Made by a program: the position numbers and the translations under genes. A stretch of 32,000 bases of DNA from Desulfotalea psychrophila LSv54 (GTDB lineage Bacteria > Desulfobacterota > Desulfobulbia > Desulfobulbales > Desulfocapsaceae), in contig NC_006138.1 in NCBI RefSeq assembly GCF_000025945.1, positions 3,120,001 through 3,152,000 on the forward strand, given 5' to 3'. The notes below the pieces were generated by a model. That model ran no database searches. It saw only the letters and a program-made list of their open reading frames with translations, and was not told where the DNA came from. Of this stretch, positions 8,647-18,817 are shown one piece after another; position 1 is the stretch's first letter, and each line of letters begins with the position of its first letter.

Positions 8647-10664
8647 TAGCCTATCTCCAACTCTAAACGTCGCAGAGCCTTTATCTGATCACGTAGGGCT
8701 GCTGCCTCTTCAAAGGCCAGATCGGCCGCAGCCTGTTGCATCTCTTTTTCAAGTTTGCCTATCTCTTTTTCCAGCTCCTGCATACTGGCATAAACCGGTA
8801 GATCCTCAGCCATCTTGGCAGTTTTTCCATCATAATTATCAGCCTGATATCCCGTCTGCCTAAGATGGCGTTGCAGGGTATCCTTCACCGGCGAGATAAT
8901 AGTTTGAGGAACAATACCATGTTCTCTATTATAGGCCTCCTGTATTTTTCGCCTACGCTCGGTCTCGGCAATGGTATACGCCATGGAGCCGGTGATACGA
9001 TCGGCATACATAATAACAGTACCATTAACATTACGGGCGGCTCGACCACAGGTCTGCACCAGAGAGCGTTCTGAACGCAAAAAGCCCTCCTTATCGGCAT
9101 CAAGAATGGCCACCAAAGAGACCTCCGGTATATCAAGACCTTCCCGCAGGAGATTGATGCCCACCAAGACATTGTACTCCCCCTTGCGCAGAGATTGAAT
9201 CAACTCCATACGCTGCAGGGTCTTCACATCTGAATGAAGATAACGGACCTTAATACCCAACTGTTCATAGTATTCGGTGAGATCTTCAGCCATACGCTTG
9301 GTCAGAGTGGTAACCAGCACCGCCTCGTCCCGCTCAGTGCGAAGCCGGATCTCTTCCAGTAGATCATCCACCTGGCTGCTAGCAGGACGCACCTCAATTT
9401 TCGGATCAAGCAGACCCGTGGGACGAATCACCTGCTCCACCACCACCCCATGCGATTGCTCCAGTTCATAGGGGCCGGGAGTTGCGGAAACATAGATTGC
9501 CTGATGAATTCGCTCGGTAAACTCCTGAAAGCGCAGAGGTCGATTATCAAGGGCCGAAGGTAGGCGGAAGCCATATTTAACCAAGGTCTCCTTACGAGAG
9601 CGATCGCCATTGTACATGCCGTTGAGCTGACCAATACCAATATGACTCTCATCAATGAGAAGAAGAAAATCATCGGGGAAATAATCCAGCAGGTTCGGCG
9701 GTGGAGCGCCTGCCTCCTTCCCGGTCAGATGGCGACTGTAATTTTCAATCCCCGTGCAGTACCCCAGCTCTGTCATCATCTCCAGATCAAACATGGTACG
9801 CTGTTCAATTCTCTGCGCCTCCACCAAACGGTGTTCTCGCTGAAAATAGTCCAATCGCTCCTTCAGCTCTTTTTTAATCTCCTCGGTAGCCACCTGCAGA
9901 CGATCCTTTGAGGTAACAAAGTGGCTACCGGGAAAGATCGTATATTCAGCCAATTCCTCCAGAGTCTTCCCCCGCAGAGGATCAATAAGAGAAATTTTTT
10001 CAAGGGTATCACCAAAGAACTCCAGACGGATTGCCCTCTCCTCCTCATGAACGGGAAATATATCAACCACATCACCACGCACCCGGAAGGTTCCTCGATG
10101 AAAGGAGGTATCATTACGCTCATACTGCATAAAGACAAGCCGACGCTGAATCTTCTCCATGGCATAATCTTTATCGCGCTCGAGAAGAAGATGCATATTC
10201 TTATACTCATCAGGTGAGCCAAGACCATAGATACAGGATACAGAGGCCACAATCAATACATCACGACGGGTAAGCAGGGATCTGGTTGCCGAGTGACGCA
10301 TCTTATCAATGGCATCATTTATTGATGAGTCCTTTTCAATATAGCTATCCGAGGCAGGAATATAGGCCTCTGGCTGATAGTAATCATAGTAGGAGACAAA
10401 ATATTCGACGGCGTTATGAGGAAAAAGCTCCTTAAACTCAGCAAAGAGTTGCCCGGCCAGAGTCTTGTTGGGGGCTATCACCAAAGCTGGCCGCTGGAGC
10501 TCTGCCACCACATTGGCCAGGGTAAAGGTCTTGCCTGAGCCGGTTACCCCCAGTAAGACCTGATCACAATCACCACGACGTACACCCGCCACCAGTTCCT
10601 CGATGGCTTTTGGCTGATCACCAGAGGGTGTATACGGGGAAACAAGTTGAAAAGGAGTATCCAT
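8646..10664 (-). CDS. uvrB: Excinuclease ABC subunit B
   Basis: [23 protein letters not shown]...[61 protein letters not shown]. Start placed at the MDTPFQ methionine (10664) rather than 10766. Confidence 0.97.
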   Translation of the reverse strand: MDTPFQLVSPYTPSGDQPKAIEELVAGVRRGDCDQVLLGVTGSGKTFTLANVVAELQRPALVIAPNKTLAGQLFAEFKELFPHNAVEYFVSYYDYYQPEAYIPASDSYIEKDSSINDAIDKMRHSATRSLLTRRDVLIVASVSCIYGLGSPDEYKNMHLLLERDKDYAMEKIQRRLVFMQYERNDTSFHRGTFRVRGDVVDIFPVHEEERAIRLEFFGDTLEKISLIDPLRGKTLEELAEYTIFPGSHFVTSKDRLQVATEEIKKELKERLDYFQREHRLVEAQRIEQRTMFDLEMMTELGYCTGIENYSRHLTGKEAGAPPPNLLDYFPDDFLLLIDESHIGIGQLNGMYNGDRSRKETLVKYGFRLPSALDNRPLRFQEFTERIHQAIYVSATPGPYELEQSHGVVVEQVIRPTGLLDPKIEVRPASSQVDDLLEEIRLRTERDEAVLVTTLTKRMAEDLTEYYEQLGIKVRYLHSDVKTLQRMELIQSLRKGEYNVLVGINLLREGLDIPEVSLVAILDADKEGFLRSERSLVQTCGRAARNVNGTVIMYADRITGSMAYTIAETERRRKIQEAYNREHGIVPQTIISPVKDTLQRHLRQTGYQADNYDGKTAKMAEDLPVYASMQELEKEIGKLEKEMQQAAADLAFEEAAALRDQIKALRRLELEIG

Positions 10665-10768
10665 AAAAATCCCGAATATAGAGTTTAATACAATCCACCG
10701 CCTTGCACGATAGTCACTTGCAGGAGGCAAGGCAATAGCCAAAAACAAAGACCCATTATGAGACATCC

Positions 10769-11278
10769 ATGCCTAAAGATATATCCATTCCTATCTCCTC
10801 CCAGCTCAACCGAATCAGCCTTTTCCTACCCATTTTTCTATTCTGCCTGATAAGCGATCAGTCCACAAAGCTTTGGGCCCAAAAGGTTCTATCGGGAGGG
10901 GAAATAGTCGAACTCTTCGGCGGCCATCTTCGCCTATCCTACATAGAAAACCCCTACGGATTTCTAGGGATACTGACCCATCTGCCGGCAGGCATCCGTG
11001 AATTCCTCCTTCTTGGAGGGGTAACCCTAGCCCTGGCACTAAGCTGCTGGTTCTGTTTTTACCGGAGAACTATCGCAGGGAAGGCACTTGTTTTTTGGGC
11101 AATGCTCCTGGCCGGAGGCTTCTCCAATCTGCTTGACAGACTCATACAGGAGATTGGGGTAGTCGATTTTATCAGTTTCTCCTGGGGGAGCTCCCACACG
11201 GGCCAGTGCAATCTAGCCGATATCTATATACTGTTAGGTGGCTTCTGTCTGGGTTTTCTCCTAGCCAGGAAGATCTAA
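10769..11278 (+). CDS. lspA: Lipoprotein signal peptidase (signal peptidase II)
   Basis: 169 aa, four hydrophobic segments, [22 protein letters not shown] and CNLADIYI motifs. Confidence 0.92.
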   Translation: MPKDISIPISSQLNRISLFLPIFLFCLISDQSTKLWAQKVLSGGEIVELFGGHLRLSYIENPYGFLGILTHLPAGIREFLLLGGVTLALALSCWFCFYRRTIAGKALVFWAMLLAGGFSNLLDRLIQEIGVVDFISFSWGSSHTGQCNLADIYILLGGFCLGFLLARKI

Positions 11279-11468
11279 ACAGGCAAAGAGGACATCTCCC
11301 CTATGATTATTCTCCTTCCGCACCATTTTATTGCCATAAAACTTGTTTTTCACACAAAAAAACGATGAATCTTTTTTAGCAGTGCTTTTTTAATATTTTT
11401 ATGACATAGTCCAGATAGAATTTTTTACAAGGGCGTTTTGCCCAAGCACAAATATAATGGAGTTAGAT

Positions 11469-12596
11469 ATGCTTAAGGTTGGATTCATTGGCTGGCGTGG
11501 AATGGTGGGCTCTGTCCTGATGGAGAGGATGCGTGATGAAGGAGATTTTGGTAGTTACGAGGCCGTTTTTTTTACCACATCCCAGACTGGCCAACCAGGA
11601 CCCGATGTAGGCGCAGGTGCCAAGCCACTCGAAAATGCAATGGATCTCGATAAACTTGCCGAAATGGACATCATCCTCTCCTGTCAGGGGGGAGACTATA
11701 CCACCGCAGTTTATGAAAAGTTACGCAGCAGATGGCAGGGATATTGGATTGATGCAGCCTCCACCCTCCGCATGAAAGATGATGCCATCATCGTTCTTGA
11801 TCCTGTAAATCGGGAGGTTATCGATAAGGGCTTGGTAGACGGAGTGAAAAACTATGTGGGCGGTAACTGTACCGTCTCTCTTATGCTGATGGCCCTGGGC
11901 GGCCTCTTTGAAAACAACCTCGTCGAATGGGCAACCTCCATGACCTACCAGTCCGCAAGTGGGGCAGGAGCAAAAAACATGCGCGAGCTCCTCACCCAGA
12001 TGGGTGAGCTTCAGGGCGAGGTAAAGGATCTTCTGGCCAATCCATCTTCAGCCATCCTTGATATTGACAAGGCCGTCACCGCCAAACTCAACGACGGCAC
12101 CCTCACCACAGATAACTGGGGGGCACCTCTGGCGGCATCTCTTCTCCCATGGATTGATGTGGCCGTGGCAGATGGACAGACCAGGGAAGAGTGGAAGGGA
12201 ATTGCTGAAACCAACAAGATTCTTGGTAACAGCGCCCAGGCAGAAAATATCGTACCCATCGATGGTCAATGCGTACGCGTCGGTTCCATGCGCTGCCACT
12301 CCCAGGCATTTACCATTAAACTGAAGAAGGCCCTGCCCCTGGAAGAGATCGAACGAATCATCGGCGAACATAACCCATGGGTTCAGGTCATTGCCAACGA
12401 ACGTGAAGCCACCTGCTGCGAGCTCACTCCGGCTAAGGTCTCCGGCACCCTCAATATTCCCGTGGGAAGGATTCGTCACATGAACATGGGTCCCGAATAC
12501 TTGACGGCCTTTACCGTGGGAGATCAACTTCTCTGGGGTGCAGCAGAGCCGGTACGCAGAATGTTGAATATCGTCCTGCAACACTGCGCAAAATAA
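11469..12596 (+). CDS. asd: Aspartate-semialdehyde dehydrogenase
   Basis: [21 protein letters not shown]...[20 protein letters not shown]; ATG at 11469 has an upstream GGAG. Confidence 0.95.
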   Translation: MLKVGFIGWRGMVGSVLMERMRDEGDFGSYEAVFFTTSQTGQPGPDVGAGAKPLENAMDLDKLAEMDIILSCQGGDYTTAVYEKLRSRWQGYWIDAASTLRMKDDAIIVLDPVNREVIDKGLVDGVKNYVGGNCTVSLMLMALGGLFENNLVEWATSMTYQSASGAGAKNMRELLTQMGELQGEVKDLLANPSSAILDIDKAVTAKLNDGTLTTDNWGAPLAASLLPWIDVAVADGQTREEWKGIAETNKILGNSAQAENIVPIDGQCVRVGSMRCHSQAFTIKLKKALPLEEIERIIGEHNPWVQVIANEREATCCELTPAKVSGTLNIPVGRIRHMNMGPEYLTAFTVGDQLLWGAAEPVRRMLNIVLQHCAK

Positions 12597-12634
12597 GCCC
12601 AGCAAGATCTCGCCTAGCAATCACCGCCACAAAC

Positions 12635-12662
12635 AGAGCCTTCAGCAGGTTGAAGGCTCTGT
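12635..12662 (+). terminator. Strong 11-bp hairpin after asd (possible terminator, lacks a U-tract)
   Basis: CAGAGCCTTCA-gcaggt-TGAAGGCTCTG perfect inverted repeat 38 nt after the asd stop. It is followed by tctcctgcaatttt. Confidence 0.45.
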
Positions 12663-12821
12663 CTCCTGCAATTTTCCTACAGGGTGACTTGCAAATTAAG
12701 ACTTTTCAATAAAGATCAAGGCGCATGAAAAATTTTACCACAGACATATATACGATATTTCGAGGATAAAATTTTTCATGCAACGCAGAGACTTGAAGAA
12801 AAGACTATTTTTCAAGGTTCC

Positions 12822-14501
12822 CTACAGTCTGTTCAAGCAGCTCAGTACAGCCTTGATAGAGGCGATAATAATATCGGTGTCAACGCCTACCCCCCAGCGT
12901 CGCGTATTGCTACTATTCATCTCAATTTCTACATAGGCTGCCGCCTGGGCACTGGAACCACCCTTAAGGGCATGCTCGTGATAACTATGGAGGTGAAATT
13001 CCTCTGGCAGCAACTTATTCACCGCTGCACAAAAGGCATCTACGGGACCATTACCATTAGCCCAGATCATCTGCTCCTCACCATTCACCAACAGGGTCGC
13101 CACCACCTCGGCACTGGATTTCTCCGCATCCTCATCCACATGACGCTTCACCACCTGAAAATCTTTCAGCCTATAGGCTGCCTGGCGACTGAGATACTCT
13201 TCCTCAAAGGCCGAGAAGATCTCAGGATAGCGTAGCTCCCGACCCTCTTTCTCGGTAACGGCCTGAACAACATTACCAAACTCTGGGCGCATGGCCTTGG
13301 GCAACTTATAGCCATATTCCTGATCCATAATATAGGCAACACCGCCCTTACCCGATTGACTGTTGATACGAATAATGGATTCATAACTACGTCCGACATC
13401 CGTTGGGTCAATGGGCAAATATGGCACCTGCCACAGATCAGCACCTGCCTCTCGATACATATTTATGCCCTTGTTAATGGCATCCTGATGAGATCCTGAG
13501 AAAGCGGTATAGACCAGTTCACCAGCATAGGGATGACGAGGATGGACCTCAAGATTCGTCACCTCCTGATAGACCTCAATCAGTCCATTAATATCACTAA
13601 AATCAATCTTAGGGTCAACCCCCTGCGTAAAGAGGTTGAGCCCCAGGGTAACCAAATCCACATTACCTGTGCGCTCACCATTACCAAAAAGCGTTCCCTC
13701 AACACGATCACCACCTGCCATCAGGCCAAGCTCCGTGGCCGCCACGGCACAACCACGATCATTATGGGCATGAAGACTGATAAGCACAGCATCCCGACAG
13801 GAGACATTGCGACAAAACCACTCTATCTGATCGGCATAGACATTCGGCGTTGACATCTCTACCGTTGCCGGAAGATTAATAATCACCTTATTCCCAGATG
13901 TTGGCTGCCAAACGGCAAGTACAGCTTCACAGATTTCCAGGGCGTAATCAAGCTCTGTACCGGTAAAGCTTTCAGGCGAATATTCATAGCGAAATTCTGT
14001 TGCAGGATATTTTAAAGCCTCTGCCTGAACGAGCCTTGCCCCCTCTATGGCAAGATCCACAATTTCGCCACGACTTTTAGCAAAAACGACCTTGCGTTGA
14101 AGGGTTGAGGTGGAATTATAGAGATGAATAATGGCCTTTTTCGCACCACGCAGGGCCTCAAAGGTCTTAACGATGAGATGTTCACGGGCCTGAGTAAGCA
14201 CCTGAATCGTCACATCCTCTGGAATAAGATTGTCATCTATAAGTTTTCGGCAAAATTGATACTCCACCTCTGAGGCTGAGGGGAAGCCCACCTCTATCTC
14301 TTTAAAGCCAATATCCACCAAGAGCTTAAACATACGCACCTTCTGCTCAAGGTTCATGGGCTGAATAAGAGCCTGATTACCATCACGCAGGTCAACACTG
14401 CACCAGGCTGGGGCCTTCTCAATGGTTTTTGTGGGCCATACACGATCGGACAAACCGACGGCAGGATATGGCTTATACTTCTGTAATTGTATACTTTTCA
14501 T
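12822..14501 (-). CDS. leuA: 2-isopropylmalate synthase (long-form LeuA)
   Basis: WCSVDLRDGNQALIQPMNLEQK, HLHAHNDRGCAVAA-like segment (ISLHAHNDRGC) and C-terminal regulatory domain. GGAG before ATG at 14501. Confidence 0.96.
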   Translation of the reverse strand: MKSIQLQKYKPYPAVGLSDRVWPTKTIEKAPAWCSVDLRDGNQALIQPMNLEQKVRMFKLLVDIGFKEIEVGFPSASEVEYQFCRKLIDDNLIPEDVTIQVLTQAREHLIVKTFEALRGAKKAIIHLYNSTSTLQRKVVFAKSRGEIVDLAIEGARLVQAEALKYPATEFRYEYSPESFTGTELDYALEICEAVLAVWQPTSGNKVIINLPATVEMSTPNVYADQIEWFCRNVSCRDAVLISLHAHNDRGCAVAATELGLMAGGDRVEGTLFGNGERTGNVDLVTLGLNLFTQGVDPKIDFSDINGLIEVYQEVTNLEVHPRHPYAGELVYTAFSGSHQDAINKGINMYREAGADLWQVPYLPIDPTDVGRSYESIIRINSQSGKGGVAYIMDQEYGYKLPKAMRPEFGNVVQAVTEKEGRELRYPEIFSAFEEEYLSRQAAYRLKDFQVVKRHVDEDAEKSSAEVVATLLVNGEEQMIWANGNGPVDAFCAAVNKLLPEEFHLHSYHEHALKGGSSAQAAAYVEIEMNSSNTRRWGVGVDTDIIIASIKAVLSCLNRL

Positions 14502-14534
14502 GCTTTCTCCTTTTGGCAATCCCGTAACAAAAAA

Positions 14535-14564
14535 AAAGGCCCCGGTTTTTCAACCGCGGCCTTT
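14535..14564 (-). terminator. Attenuator terminator hairpin in the leuA leader
   Basis: Minus-strand RNA AAAGGCC-G-CGGUU-GAAA-AACCG-G-GGCCUUU followed by six further U, located 34 nt upstream of the leuA ATG. Confidence 0.88.
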
Positions 14565-14593
14565 AGATCAACTTATATAGTAGACAAACAAAA

Positions 14594-14671
14594 CTAATAA
14601 ATTTCTCTCCAGACCGCGCAAGGGCGGAGCAATAATAGGCATGCTAGTAGGAGGAGAGAGATAAAGTTCAT
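14594..14671 (-). promoter_or_regulatory. leuL: Leucine-rich leader peptide of the leuA attenuator
   Basis: ATG AAC TTT ATC TCT CTC CTC CTA CTA GCA TGC CTA TTA TTG CTC CGC CCT TGC GCG GTC TGG AGA GAA ATT TAT TAG = MNFISLLLLACLLLLRPCAVWREIY*. Eight of 25 codons are Leu, in two runs of four. Confidence 0.85.
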
Positions 14672-14926
14672 TTTCACAGCTCTTGTTTAATAATCTTATT
14701 AATTAACAGCAAACGACAGGGGCAATTTGTTTGCCTAAGCCCAACAACAGGCTAAGAAAATACAGCTTAAACCCTCCTAACCATTATTGTCAAGCCTGTT
14801 TATCTGAAAAAACCGACAAATAGCCCATCCACTATAGACAAAATCATTTTTCCCCTCTAAAAACTATTTATTCTTTCGCCCTGCCCCCTCTAAAAATGAC
14901 ATTCGTTCTGTTTATGCCTTCTAATA

Positions 14927-14955
14927 TTGACAGAGCCACCTACTCCATATATACT
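14927..14955 (+). promoter_or_regulatory. Sigma70-like promoter for ilvB-ilvN
   Basis: TTGACA (14927-14932), 17-nt spacer, TATACT (14950-14955), about 107 nt upstream of the ilvB ATG. Confidence 0.7.
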
Positions 14956-15061
14956 TTGTTGTTCCAGCTTTAAATATGGCAATAAGAAAAACCACGAACT
15001 CCATAGAGTTTTGGTTTTATGTACTAATGAAAATGTTTCAACTATTCAAGGGAATGGATTA

Positions 15062-16765
15062 ATGGGTAAAATAACCGGATCCCGGGCTATTGTACAATGT
15101 CTCAAAGAAGAAGGCGTTCAAACTATTTTTGGTTATCCCGGAGGAGCTGTCATTGATCTTTATGACGCCCTAATGGATAGCACTGACATTGAGCATGTTC
15201 TTGTCCGTCACGAGCAGGGCGCTGTTCATGCAGCCGATGCCTTTGCTCGAGTTACAGGTGAAGTTGGCGTTGCCCTGCTCACCTCTGGCCCTGGCGCCAC
15301 CAACGGCGTTACAGGTATCGCAACAGCATATCTTGACTCAATCCCACTTGTGGTACTCACAGGTCAAGTCCCCCGTGCCCTTATTGGCAACGATGCCTTT
15401 CAAGAAGTCGATATTGTTGGTATCACTCGCCCATGCACCAAGCATAACTACCTGGTGAGCAAGCCGGAAGACCTCGTCCCCGTACTGCGCGAGGCATTTC
15501 ATGTGGCCAAGACAGGACGACCTGGCCCCGTACTGGTTGATTTGCCAAAGGATATTCTCGCCACACTTATTGATTATCCACAAATTGCGCCTATCAAACT
15601 GGACAGCTACCAACCAAACTACAAGCCACATCAAGGCCAGATAACCAAGGCATGTAAGCTTCTCATGCAGGCAAAAAAGCCTGTCCTCTACGTGGGTGGT
15701 GGAGTTATTCTCTCCAACTCACACAAAGAGCTCTCTGCTCTGGCTGAAAAGTTACAGATACCTGTCACCATGACCTTAATGGGCCTCGGAGCATTTCCCG
15801 GGAGCCATGATCTCTCCATGGGCATGCTTGGTATGCACGGCAGCTATACCGCCAATATGGCCGTTGCCGAAAGCGACCTCCTCATTGCCGTGGGTGCCAG
15901 ATTTGATGACCGCGTGACTGGTAAACTTGAAGATTTTGCCAGCAAGGCAAAAATCATCCATGTGGATATCGATCCCACCTCCATCAGTAAAAATGTTAAG
16001 GTCGACGTACCCATTGTAGCCGATTGCCTCGCAGCTCTCACAGCCATCAACGACTGGCTTGAAAAGTGCCCTGAAGAGGAGATTGCAGAACGAAGGGACG
16101 CTCACAAACCATGGATCGACACCGTCCATAATTGGACCAAAGAACACCCCATGCGCTATAACTCTAACGGCAGTGAGATAAAGCCACAGTTTGTTGTCGA
16201 AACCATTGACCGACTGACCAAGGGGGAGGCTATTATCACCACCGAGGTAGGGCAAAATCAGATGTGGGCAGCCCAGTTCTACAAATTTAACCACCCCCGC
16301 CATTTTGTTACCTCAGGCGGCCTGGGAACCATGGGCTTTGGCCTGCCTGCTGCCATCGGCGCCCAAATGGCCTTTCCTGATAAAATAGTCATCGATATTG
16401 CAGGCGATGGTTCTATCCAGATGAACATCCAGGAGCTGGCCACAGCAAGACAAAACAACTGTAATGTTAAGATTGTTATTCTGAACAACGGCTATCTGGG
16501 CATGGTTCGTCAATGGCAGGAACTCTTTTACGATAAACGCTACGCCTCAACTGTAATGGATGTTGCCCCCGATTTTGTCAAACTCGCTGAGGCATACGGT
16601 GCAGTAGGGCTACGAGCCACCAAAAAAGAAGAGGTTGAATCTGTACTTGCCGAAGGTCTTGCCACCGACAATGTTGTTATTATGGAATTTTTAGTTGCTC
16701 CAGAGGAAGGGGTATACCCGATGGTTCCCGCAGGAAAAGCAAATACTGAAATGCTTCTTGTATAA
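15062..16765 (+). CDS. ilvB: Acetolactate synthase large subunit
   Basis: MGKITGSRAIVQCLKEEGVQTIFGYPGGAVIDLYDAL...VRHEQGAVHAADAFARVTG, ThDP motif IDIAGDGSIQMNIQELATARQNN. Start at 15062 with an AAGGGA ribosome-binding site. Confidence 0.96.
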   Translation: MGKITGSRAIVQCLKEEGVQTIFGYPGGAVIDLYDALMDSTDIEHVLVRHEQGAVHAADAFARVTGEVGVALLTSGPGATNGVTGIATAYLDSIPLVVLTGQVPRALIGNDAFQEVDIVGITRPCTKHNYLVSKPEDLVPVLREAFHVAKTGRPGPVLVDLPKDILATLIDYPQIAPIKLDSYQPNYKPHQGQITKACKLLMQAKKPVLYVGGGVILSNSHKELSALAEKLQIPVTMTLMGLGAFPGSHDLSMGMLGMHGSYTANMAVAESDLLIAVGARFDDRVTGKLEDFASKAKIIHVDIDPTSISKNVKVDVPIVADCLAALTAINDWLEKCPEEEIAERRDAHKPWIDTVHNWTKEHPMRYNSNGSEIKPQFVVETIDRLTKGEAIITTEVGQNQMWAAQFYKFNHPRHFVTSGGLGTMGFGLPAAIGAQMAFPDKIVIDIAGDGSIQMNIQELATARQNNCNVKIVILNNGYLGMVRQWQELFYDKRYASTVMDVAPDFVKLAEAYGAVGLRATKKEEVESVLAEGLATDNVVIMEFLVAPEEGVYPMVPAGKANTEMLLV

Positions 16766-16792
16766 CGGATATTTTTATTTTCAAAGGAAACG

Positions 16793-17281
16793 ATGATGAA
16801 ACATACAATTTCAGTACTTCTTCAAAACCAACCCGGTGTACTTTCACGGGTAACAGGACTCTTTAGTGGTCGTGGTTTTAATATTGAGAGCCTCTGTGTG
16901 GCCGAAACGCTTGACCCCAAGATATCCTGTCTTACCGTTGTCTCAAAGGGCGATGCAGCAATTATAGAACAAATAACCAAACAACTACATAAGCTCATTG
17001 ATGTTATTAAGGTAACTGACATCAGTGAACACGAGTATGTTGAACGGGAGATGGTCCTTATTAGAGTAAATGCAGAGGTACATACTCGAGCTGAGGTACT
17101 TCGTATCGTTGATATTTTTAGAGGAAAAGTTGTAGATGTCAGCGCAAAGAGCTATGCTATTGAAGTAACGGGTAATACCTCAAAGATACATGCGGTAACA
17201 GACCTGCTCCGTCCCCTTGGCATAAAAGAAATTGTCAGAACTGGCACCATCGCCATGGCTCGGGTAAATAAAAACAAGTAA
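16793..17281 (+). CDS. ilvN: Acetolactate synthase small (regulatory) subunit
   Basis: KHTISVLLQNQPGVLSRVTGLFSGRGFNIESLCVAETLDP, an ACT domain typical of IlvN/IlvH. Confidence 0.95.
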   Translation: MMKHTISVLLQNQPGVLSRVTGLFSGRGFNIESLCVAETLDPKISCLTVVSKGDAAIIEQITKQLHKLIDVIKVTDISEHEYVEREMVLIRVNAEVHTRAEVLRIVDIFRGKVVDVSAKSYAIEVTGNTSKIHAVTDLLRPLGIKEIVRTGTIAMARVNKNK

Positions 17282-17360
17282 CAAAAAACAAAAGCGGTTA
17301 TAAAGAGGGCCATTGTATTGGCCCATAACAAAAAAAAATCGTTACAAATAGGTAAACAAA

Positions 17361-18005
17361 ATGTTACAGCCACAGGTTCCTGTTGCTCGCGAAGGTGTCC
17401 CTTTTATTGGCTTTGCTGCCTTTCTCACCCTTGTTTCAGCAGCGTCAGAGTGTGAAATTTTGACATTTATTTTTTTGCTTGCGACCGCTTTTACTCTCTA
17501 CTTCTTCAGAGATCCAGAGCGTTTTGTCCCCGATGACCCATCGGCACTTATTTCTCCTGCCGACGGCAAGATCATTGTCATTGAAAAGACAGACAAGCAA
17601 GATTTTATCGAAGGCGAAGCGCTCAAGATCTCTATTTTCATGAATGTTTTCAACGTCCATGTCAACCGGGCTCCCATTGCCGGCAAGGTAGATAAAATTA
17701 TCTACACCCCTGGAAAATTTTATTCTGCTGACAGTAGCCAAGGAGCGGAGTATAATGAGAACTGTGGTATTGTATTAACCACCAATTCAGGAAAAAAAAT
17801 CGCCTTTGTCCAGGTTGCAGGCCTCATTGCACGGCGTATTGTGTGCTGGCTAGAACCCAATGACACGATACAGTCTGGCAGACGTGTTGGCCTCATTCGT
17901 TTTGGCTCTCGAGTCGATCTCTATTTACCCACCGATACAGCCCTAAGTGTATCCGTAGGTGACAAGGTTCGAGCTGGTGAGACCATTCTTGGTCAAATAA
18001 TTTAG
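17361..18005 (+). CDS. psd: Phosphatidylserine decarboxylase
   Basis: SPADGKIIVIEKT, KISIFMNVFNVHVNRAPIAGKV, and C-terminal processing region GLIRFGSRVDLYLP. Confidence 0.93.
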   Translation: MLQPQVPVAREGVPFIGFAAFLTLVSAASECEILTFIFLLATAFTLYFFRDPERFVPDDPSALISPADGKIIVIEKTDKQDFIEGEALKISIFMNVFNVHVNRAPIAGKVDKIIYTPGKFYSADSSQGAEYNENCGIVLTTNSGKKIAFVQVAGLIARRIVCWLEPNDTIQSGRRVGLIRFGSRVDLYLPTDTALSVSVGDKVRAGETILGQII

Positions 18006-18042
18006 TCCTTTCTAATTATTGACTTTAACTAACGGAGTATCT

Positions 18043-18792
18043 ATGTCACATCCACAAGAAGAAATGAGTACTAAATTTTATCTTCTTCCCTGTCTTTTCA
18101 CCCTCAGTAGCCTCTTTTGTGGTTTCTACGCCATACTCTCGGCAACCAAGGGAGAATTTGTTGTTTCGGCAATTGCCATTATCGTGGCCGCCGTTTTCGA
18201 CGGTCTTGACGGCCGAGTTGCCCGTATGACAGGTAAGACAAGTATGTTTGGTGTTGAACTTGACTCACTCTGTGACAATGTCTCTTTTGGTGTTGCTCCA
18301 GGTCTACTCGCCTACTTCTGGGCCCTGCAGCCCTACGGACGCTACGGCTGGTTGGCCGCATTTCTCTATATTGCCACCACCACCCTGCGCCTTGCCCGTT
18401 TTAACTCACAACAGACTGACTCTGTGAATTTTATCGGTCTGCCCTGTCCCGCTGCAGCAGCCATGATCTCTTCAGCTGTCCTCTTTTGCCATAGCCTTGG
18501 CATTGAAGGTCCGGTAAAGCATATATCTCTGCTCTTCTTAGTATATCTGCTTTCCTACCTGATGGTCTCCAACCACAGCTACTGTAGCTTCAAAAAAATG
18601 CAGCATAAAGGAAGAACATTTCCGATACTTGTTGGCGCCCTATTGCTCTTCATCCTTGTAGCTGCTGAGCCACAGATAATGTTTTTTGCAATCTTTGTTC
18701 TCTATATTGCCTCTGGAATGGCCACCGATTTATGGAAATGGGCCCAAAAAAGCTCTCTTGGCCATAAGCTCACAAATAAATCAAAACAATAG
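18043..18792 (+). CDS. pssA: CDP-diacylglycerol--serine O-phosphatidyltransferase
   Basis: CDP-alcohol phosphatidyltransferase signature DGLDGRVARMTGKTSMFGVELDSLCD. MSHPQEE start with upstream GGAG. Confidence 0.93.
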   Translation: MSHPQEEMSTKFYLLPCLFTLSSLFCGFYAILSATKGEFVVSAIAIIVAAVFDGLDGRVARMTGKTSMFGVELDSLCDNVSFGVAPGLLAYFWALQPYGRYGWLAAFLYIATTTLRLARFNSQQTDSVNFIGLPCPAAAAMISSAVLFCHSLGIEGPVKHISLLFLVYLLSYLMVSNHSYCSFKKMQHKGRTFPILVGALLLFILVAAEPQIMFFAIFVLYIASGMATDLWKWAQKSSLGHKLTNKSKQ

Positions 18793-18817
18793 TTCCCTCT
18801 ATCCAAATAGGTTCACC

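Noticed and set aside
8646-10664. Many plus-strand ORFs within uvrB (for example 8865-9074 and 9642-9911)
   Set aside because: All are antisense shadows of strongly conserved UvrB coding sequence.
14896-14973. 26-codon ORF MTFVLFMPSNIDRATYSIYTLLFQL considered as an ilvB attenuator leader peptide
   Set aside because: The likely ilvB promoter (TTGACA-17-TATACT, 14927-14955) lies inside this ORF, so it would not be transcribed from that promoter. It also has no ribosome-binding site and no dense branched-chain codon run.
17300-17320. GGGCCATTGTATTGGCCC inverted repeat between ilvN and psd as a terminator
   Set aside because: On the plus strand it is followed by A-rich rather than U-rich sequence, so it does not match an intrinsic terminator.
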